Source: a virus (taxonomy: Duplodnaviria > Caudoviricetes). From it: DNA of 64,000 nucleotides. A program made the position numbers and the translations under genes. The notes below the pieces were generated by a model. The model saw only the letters and a program-made list of their open reading frames with translations, searched no databases and was not told the origin of the DNA. Of this stretch, positions 59,095 through 64,000 are shown piece by piece; the stretch's first letter is position 1, and every line of letters starts with the position of its first letter. The DNA lies in the IMG/VR virus record IMGVR_UViG_2740892201_000001, positions 24,422 through 88,421 of that record. One strand, written 5' to 3'.

Positions 59095-59319
59095 ATGATG
59101 AAGATTCTTTTGCTGATGGCTCTTACCTCACTGGCCGGATGTCAGGCTCTACCTCCTGTGAAATGCACGGCGATTGCCAGAATTGGCGGGCAGGATGTCA
59201 ATGTGCCAATCTACGATGTTAAAACTGAGGCGAACCAGACTAAATATTTCGCAGGCAATCCCTTCGGATGGAAGTGGGTATCAAAGTCAAACTTCACCGA
59301 GAGCACCTGCCAGAAATAG
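59095..59319 (+). CDS. cor: Cor superinfection-exclusion lipoprotein
   Basis: Lipobox LAGC; C.A.A.IGGQ...V.IY.V.....QT.Y.AG.PF.W.WV...NF...TC. Confidence 0.85.
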   Translation: MMKILLLMALTSLAGCQALPPVKCTAIARIGGQDVNVPIYDVKTEANQTKYFAGNPFGWKWVSKSNFTESTCQK

Positions 59320-59381
59320 TAAATAACTCAAATCAATAAACCCGGCCACCGTGCCGGGTTTTTTATTGCCCGGAGAAAGCT

Positions 59382-60653
59382 ATGCCAGCAGGCACTATCG
59401 CATTAACGAATAACTCAACGGCTGTGACAGGCTCAGGAACATCATTTACAGCTGAGCTTAAAGCGAACGACTTCATCGTTGCTATAGTAGGTGGTGTCAC
59501 CTATACGCTCGGAGTGCAGTCGGTGAACTCGGCTACCGGCGTGACACTGACTACAGCATATAACGGCCCGACCGCATCAGGTATTGCGTGGACAGCTGTA
59601 CCTAATGCGGCCCTTGTCGGGATTACTGCGCAGGTAGCGGCTGATGTAGCCAGGGCTATTCGCGGGCTTAATCTTGATAAAGCTAACTGGCAGCAGATTT
59701 TCAGCGGCACCGGAAACGTGACAGTAACGCTTCCAGACGGCAGCCAGTACACAGGTCCGGCATGGGGTGGCTTAATTAAGCGAGATGGCTCTGTTGCCAT
59801 GACAGCTGCACTGACAACGCCAGCAATTGAGCTGACAGCTGCAACCCCCTTTATAGATTTTCATTATAACAATTCGACAGCCGATTATACGGCAAGGATC
59901 ATTCATACCGAAGCGCAGGCGATTGAAGTTAGCGCTGGTTCAGGAAATATATCTTTTCGCATCAATGGCGGTTTACGCGTCGGTGGTGCGTCTTATTCAG
60001 GAGGCATTAACTTATATCGAGGTAATGGCGATGCGAATGCGTTGTGGGGGTTAAACGCTTCAGATGGAAATCTAAATATTGCCAGGGGGACATCGACCGG
60101 AGGCATTATAACGATGGCTGATAGCATGCTGGATCAAGTGCGAGGGATAAGAGGAAAACAAGGTGCTTCCGGAGTTTATCAACCTAATACCTGGCAGTTT
60201 TACTGGAATTCTTCAGCCCAGCTTGAGGCATGGGTGGATACCAGTAAGGTCGGTAACGTTACGCTATCAAGTACATCAGATAAAGGGCTGAAGAAAGATA
60301 TCACCTACCGTGAAGACGCGAGTGAGGCTCTTGCGGAAGTTCTTAAGTGGCGCCCAGCTGATTTTAAAATGAAGGCTCGTGGCATTATTCCGGAGACAGC
60401 AGAACAGTTGGGTTTCATTGCTAATGACCTGGTTAAGGTATCTCCTGAATGTGTCAGCGGGAAAGGATTGCCGGATGATTATGATATTGAGGCCGATCCC
60501 AATAACGACACGGCATATTACCTTAACCACATCCCGATGATTGCTAAGCTGGCTCAGGCGCTACAGGCCCAGCAGAAAATCATCGACGCACAGTCCGAGA
60601 TTATTAAGGCAATGGGAGTCCGGTTGAAAGATCTTGACGGCTTGGATGGATAA
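59382..60653 (+). CDS. Side tail fiber with C-terminal S74 chaperone
   Basis: GTI.LTNNS..V.GSGT.F; P.IDFH....ADY..RI; TSD..LKK.I...GFIA.DL. Confidence 0.88.
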   Translation: MPAGTIALTNNSTAVTGSGTSFTAELKANDFIVAIVGGVTYTLGVQSVNSATGVTLTTAYNGPTASGIAWTAVPNAALVGITAQVAADVARAIRGLNLDKANWQQIFSGTGNVTVTLPDGSQYTGPAWGGLIKRDGSVAMTAALTTPAIELTAATPFIDFHYNNSTADYTARIIHTEAQAIEVSAGSGNISFRINGGLRVGGASYSGGINLYRGNGDANALWGLNASDGNLNIARGTSTGGIITMADSMLDQVRGIRGKQGASGVYQPNTWQFYWNSSAQLEAWVDTSKVGNVTLSSTSDKGLKKDITYREDASEALAEVLKWRPADFKMKARGIIPETAEQLGFIANDLVKVSPECVSGKGLPDDYDIEADPNNDTAYYLNHIPMIAKLAQALQAQQKIIDAQSEIIKAMGVRLKDLDGLDG

Positions 60654-60716
60654 AAAAGCCCGGCGACCGGGCAAGGTATGTTCCGCTCTCGTCTCAGCGA
60701 GTTTACGGGGTGGGTA
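60652..60716 (-). ncRNA. Putative sRNA unit A2 (sigmaS-like promoter)
   Basis: CTACGCT -10 at 60722-60728; same 5' ACCCACCCCGUA and terminator as A1. Confidence 0.65.
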
Positions 60717-60760
60717 TTGTCAGCGTAGGTTACTGTTTCAGCCAGAGCCAAGCGGCGGGC

Positions 60761-60839
60761 AAAAAAAGCCCGCAAAGCGCGGGCATAAAATTCGAGCGTT
60801 AGAAACTTCTTGTACGCAACACAGCTGCTGTGTGTTACC
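60761..60839 (-). ncRNA. Putative sRNA unit E2
   Basis: TATCAT -10 at 60845-60850; 5' hairpin GUAACACA/UGUGUUGC; terminator GCCCGC..GCGGGC-U7. Confidence 0.55.
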
Positions 60840-60922
60840 CATATATGATAACCCATAGTAATTATTTGTTTGTTAAGAAAGCGTAAATCCTATCAATAGG
60901 TGGAACTAACCTTTCGGGAAGC

Positions 60923-60999
60923 AAAAAAAACCGCTGTCCGGAACAGGGCAGCGGGAAAGGTGTACCCAGCTATTATTATGGTACCAGGGTAGATACCAG
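60923..60999 (-). ncRNA. Putative sRNA unit F2
   Basis: TATAAT -10 at 61005-61010; 5' hairpin, AUAAUAAUA tract, CCUUUCCC, terminator with U8. Confidence 0.6.
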
Positions 61000-61072
61000 C
61001 GGCAATTATATGCCATAAGTCAGATCACGCCTGTTTTTTTAACAAATAATTTACAGCAATAACATTGACCTG

Positions 61073-61226
61073 AAAAAAATGCCTGCCCCCGAGGCGGGTG
61101 GCAGGCATAAGTCGTGGTTGGGCTATTGATACTCTTTTGAGGCATCTCATGATTGTGACGAGGTTTAAGGCGAGCCAGCCATGCGCCTCTTCAGCCAGCG
61201 GTAGGAGCGCGGGCCTGTACACAACA
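61073..61226 (-). ncRNA. Putative ~150-nt sRNA unit B2
   Basis: TTGTCA-16-TACCAT promoter; homolog of B1; terminator with U7. Confidence 0.55.
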
Positions 61227-61290
61227 GTCACATGGTAGGGGAGTGAGCTAGTATGACAAGCGTAAGCGGGAAGTATTTTCAGGAGTTCAG

Positions 61291-61365
61291 AAAAATAAGC
61301 CCGCGTCAAGCGGGCTGACTCAAGCAGGGGTCACCAATAATCAGAGTTGAGAGCACTACTCTCAA
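61291..61365 (-). ncRNA. Putative sigma28-dependent sRNA unit G2
   Basis: TAAAGAAC-N11-ACCGATAC (61397-61371); 5' hairpin UUGAGAG/CUCUCAA; terminator AGCCCGC/GCGGGCU. Confidence 0.7.
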
Positions 61366-61445
61366 AAATGGTATCGGTCAGCCGGCCAGGTTCTTTAGGG
61401 TTGATTTCATCAGAGGGGGGGTTAACCGAACAGCACCGCGTGTGC

Positions 61446-61526
61446 AAAAAAAAGCCCGCATCTCACGGGCAAGTAACAGCGTATGTCTTTTGTTTTCTCA
61501 CTTCAGGTGAGGAGCTAAGCTCCACC
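61446..61526 (-). ncRNA. Putative sigma28-dependent sRNA unit H2
   Basis: TAAAGGTT-N11-GCCGTTAA (61557-61531); 5' hairpin; A-rich linker; terminator with U8. Confidence 0.7.
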
Positions 61527-61606
61527 ATTGTTAACGGCTCATTGTCGAAAACCTTTAGTAAAGTCAGCACTATTTTGAATAACCGAAGCGCTCAAAGCTT
61601 AAAGCC

Positions 61607-61678
61607 AAAAAAGCCCGCGTTACGCAGGCATCAATTGGTACAAAAAAGGAAAAATCTCAGTATCAGCATTCGCTGACA
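61607..61678 (-). ncRNA. Putative sRNA unit D2
   Basis: Near-identical to D1; TATGGT -10 at 61684-61689. Confidence 0.6.
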
Positions 61679-61866
61679 GGCGCACCATACAGTGTTCCTG
61701 GCCATTAGATAGTGATGAATATGGCAATAGTGAAACATGAGCACGTTATGTATGTTCGCCATGCAAAACTATGCAGCGCCCGGGCTATAGAGCATAAATT
61801 CAGCACCATCCGCAGCTTTACAATTTTGCTACTCGTTTCGCCTTGATCAAATCCACTGTTCGATAT

Positions 61867-61886
61867 TACTGTTTATCCATACAGTA
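61867..61886 (+). promoter_or_regulatory. LexA (SOS) box
   Basis: TACTGTTTATCCATACAGTA. Confidence 0.85.
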
Positions 61887-61907
61887 TTCATCGGAGGAGG
61901 ATTACTG

Positions 61908-62147
61908 ATGGCGCGAGACTACGAGATAAAGCCTGCATTCGTACAGGCGATAACGCTGGACCGGCTGGGGCGGCAGATAGTAACAACCAGCGCATTTCAG
62001 GCGAAGCTGGAGGCCGCAAACCATCACTGGACGCTGCATCAGTGCAACCAGTGGATACGTCGCGAACAGAATATGTTCATGGAACTGGCGACAGAGAACG
62101 GTGACAACCGCACCTACGCCCTGCGTAATATGGGATATGTGAGGTAG
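61908..62147 (+). CDS. SOS-regulated small protein, second copy
   Basis: Differs from 19813-20052 at only 2 aa, with several synonymous changes. Confidence 0.8.
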   Translation: MARDYEIKPAFVQAITLDRLGRQIVTTSAFQAKLEAANHHWTLHQCNQWIRREQNMFMELATENGDNRTYALRNMGYVR

Positions 62148-62149
62148 TC

Positions 62150-62473
62150 ATGGGATTTCAGTCACCGGCGCAGGATTACGTCGAGAGCCGTCTCGACCTC
62201 AACAGGCTGTTTGCTCCTCACCCGGACCATATGATCCGCATAGAAACGCCAGGTGGATTCGCTCTTATCGACCGATCGCTGCAGGCTCGCCCGGGCGACA
62301 CGGTCGCATTCCAGTTCGACGACTATCCGCAGCTGGGTAAATTGTTCAGTACGGGCATCATCACTCAGGATGGTGAGACGTTAGAAGGGAATGCGCTGGA
62401 GGGGATCGTGGTGTTGGGAAAGGTGACGACTGAGTTTGAATCGGCCTATGAAACTTACAGTGCCATTATTTGA
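62150..62473 (+). CDS. UmuD'-like protein, second copy
   Basis: MGFQSPAQDYVE start; diverges from the first copy in the last ~12 aa. Confidence 0.75.
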   Translation: MGFQSPAQDYVESRLDLNRLFAPHPDHMIRIETPGGFALIDRSLQARPGDTVAFQFDDYPQLGKLFSTGIITQDGETLEGNALEGIVVLGKVTTEFESAYETYSAII

Positions 62474-62574
62474 AGCAAGAGCAATCTGCTTTTTGCCGCA
62501 TTACATGCATCTATAGACACTCTGATAATCCGTCCGGAAGTTTATAATTATAAAACAAGCTCTTATAATAATGA

Positions 62575-62967
62575 CTACGTAAACATTTCGAGAGTAGGAA
62601 GCGTGAAGGGTGGGTGTGGTGACATATGAACTACTCTCACTACACCAAATTCATGGCGTGTGTAATGAAGCACGAACATGGAAGTTCTATCTCCAAATTT
62701 CGACTCCTCATCATAATGATGAATACCAATATGGTAATGCCACAAGCAGTGTTTGTTGACAAACCTAGCTTTGCTAACAAATTCAGGATCGTCATGGTCA
62801 ATGTCGTCTGAAAATTTGTTTCTTCCTTCAAGCCCGTCATAGCCATTCTTCATAAGATGCAGGATAAACGCACTTATTTTACGGCGATTTTTAGGAGGGA
62901 AACCCTGATAACGGGTCTTGAAGTGGTTAGTCAGCTTAGCGTCAACAACTACAGGCTCATGATCCAT
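62575..62967 (-). CDS. Putative RelE/YafO-like toxin
   Basis: 130 aa; F...Y..F....RKI..FI N-terminus; LWHYHIG and HPPF motifs; overlaps the upstream 81-aa ORF. Confidence 0.5.
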   Translation of the reverse strand: MDHEPVVVDAKLTNHFKTRYQGFPPKNRRKISAFILHLMKNGYDGLEGRNKFSDDIDHDDPEFVSKARFVNKHCLWHYHIGIHHYDEESKFGDRTSMFVLHYTRHEFGVVRVVHMSPHPPFTLPTLEMFT

Positions 62968-63194
62968 TCATCAATCTCATCAACAGTTTGCAGATGAGAA
63001 GGTATGGTGATATCACCAGAAGCCAAAGACGCGCTTATCTCATCCATAGGATAATTTCTAAAAGAATCACATCTAACGAAAGAAGTATGCTCGATGCTAC
63101 GGACTTTGTTGCTTCTGAAATCAACTGCTTCAATAGAGCTATGCACAGCAGTTGTAGAAAAAGTTGATACGAAACACGCGACTAAAGAAGTCAT
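62949..63194 (-). CDS. Putative antitoxin-like 81-aa protein
   Basis: AAGGGG RBS; acidic C-terminus (TVDEIDEWIMSL); coupled to the downstream ORF. Confidence 0.45.
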   Translation of the reverse strand: MTSLVACFVSTFSTTAVHSSIEAVDFRSNKVRSIEHTSFVRCDSFRNYPMDEISASLASGDITIPSHLQTVDEIDEWIMSL

Positions 63195-63197
63195 AAG

Positions 63198-63494
63198 TTA
63201 CCCCTTAAGATCTGGTGTATCTTTCAAGTTTGAAACGAGTGCATCGCGAAGAGCCACAGCTCTATCGTGAGACATTGTTACTGATGCAACCTTTTTAATC
63301 ACTACCTGTGATGCCACTGGCACACCGTTTTCGTCGGCATGCGATGTCACTCTGTTAGTAAGAAATGAGAGGTTAACGTAATGATTGTCATCGATGCGAT
63401 ACTCTGTCACGCCTGCAATTTCAGCATAAACATCTGTAAAATTAGCGTCGTTCTCAATGAGAGTTAACTTCGCTTCAGGTTCAATGTGCGACAT
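63198..63494 (-). CDS. 98-aa hypothetical protein (DUF3467-like pattern)
   Basis: YA......V.L.F...VASVTMS...A..L...L...L beta-plus-helix pattern. Confidence 0.5.
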   Translation of the reverse strand: MSHIEPEAKLTLIENDANFTDVYAEIAGVTEYRIDDNHYVNLSFLTNRVTSHADENGVPVASQVVIKKVASVTMSHDRAVALRDALVSNLKDTPDLKG

Positions 63495-63623
63495 GATGAA
63501 TTTTGTTTTCCATAAAGTGGATGAGAATCATACTCCAACTATGCTCCAAAGCAAGACAATCGAAACGAAATGATAAAGCCTTGAAACCCACATAAACAAA
63601 CTATAGGTCATTCGCAAAGAATG

Positions 63624-63650
63624 ATATCGGTAAACTTCTCAAAAACTTTA
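63624..63650 (-). promoter_or_regulatory. sigma28 promoter upstream of the three-gene moron
   Basis: TAAAGTTT-N11-ACCGATAT. Confidence 0.65.
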
Positions 63651-63755
63651 TAGCAAAGGTAAAGGTTTTAAAAATTTGCGTACATATATGAGTACATATG
63701 TAAGTGAATTTTATGATTTAAATTACTGTTTATATTGGATTAGATTCTTGTTTTT

Positions 63756-63779
63756 TTATATCCATTTAACTAAGGGGAC
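63756..63779 (+). repeat. att core of prophage 2 (displaced original tRNA 5' fragment)
   Basis: Exact 24-bp repeat of 21777-21800; host-like TATACT -10 and GC-rich discriminator at 63780-63795 on the minus strand. Confidence 0.92.
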
Positions 63780-64000
63780 AGCGGCACGCAGTATAGCGAA
63801 ACAGGCGATGAGATTCATCAGGTCGCCGCGCGTTTGCTCATTACGTCAGCAATGTCGCTGTTCAGCCTCTCTTTTGAGACCACTTTTTTCATGCAGGGGC
63901 CAGATAACACGTGCAGCGCAAATCCTTCTGCGCTGCACTTTTTTACCTGACGACAGTTATTCAGCACCTTCCTCTTTTTCTCCGCGCTCTTCACGCTCAC

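Larger units (their letters stand above)
21777..63779. mobile_element. Prophage 2 (apparently complete): lambdoid siphovirus with HK97-like head, integrated in the 5' end of tRNA-Arg
   Basis: Full int-xis, immunity, replication, Q, lysis, head and tail gene set between two 24-bp direct repeats. Confidence 0.93.

Noticed and set aside
494-60530. Numerous 60-245-aa ORFs antisense to or nested within phage structural genes
   Set aside because: These are shadow ORFs of well-supported genes with no RBS or motif. Only Rz1 and the 12391 ORF were retained.
60652-61700. CRISPR array, Racr solitary repeats or type III TA repeat array
   Set aside because: The recurring element is only a terminator-type AAAAAAGCCCG hairpin with variable loop and irregular spacing. 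There is no constant 28-37-bp repeat, no cas gene and no adjacent ToxN-like gene.
63818-64000. 60-aa ORF at the window end
   Set aside because: No recognisable motif. It lies in the host intergenic region upstream of the original tRNA promoter and is cut by the window edge.

Overview
Almost the whole window is two unrelated temperate prophages inserted on either side of one tRNA-Arg(CCT) gene (argW-like, 21726-21800, minus strand) in an enterobacterial host. The host is possibly Pantoea/Erwinia-like, but this cannot be determined from the window. Prophage 1 (1 to ~21725, left part outside the window) is a BPP-1/epsilon15-like podovirus. It carries a capsid, a cement-Ig fusion, tail tube and ejection proteins, two Mtd-N proteins, a tailspike, a 4-gene gtr-type cassette and an IntS-like integrase at the tRNA 3' end. 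Prophage 2 (21777-63779, apparently complete, ~42 kb) is a lambdoid siphovirus with lambda-like cI/cro/operators, an HK97-like head, a lambda-like tail and cor. It is bounded by a 24-bp repeat of the tRNA 5' end. The main unannotated signal is tandem arrays of tiny minus-strand transcription units, typically built as promoter, 5' hairpin, short single-stranded region, intrinsic terminator. There are 4 units at 19.0-19.6 kb, 7 at 60.65-61.7 kb and 2 in the rex position at 27.15-27.41 kb. They look like exchangeable cassettes of Hfq-type small RNAs. Four units and two protein morons have exactly spaced sigma28 (FliA) promoters, suggesting a prophage sRNA/moron programme wired to host flagellar and stationary-phase sigma factors. 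All family assignments are from recognition of sequence motifs, not database searches.
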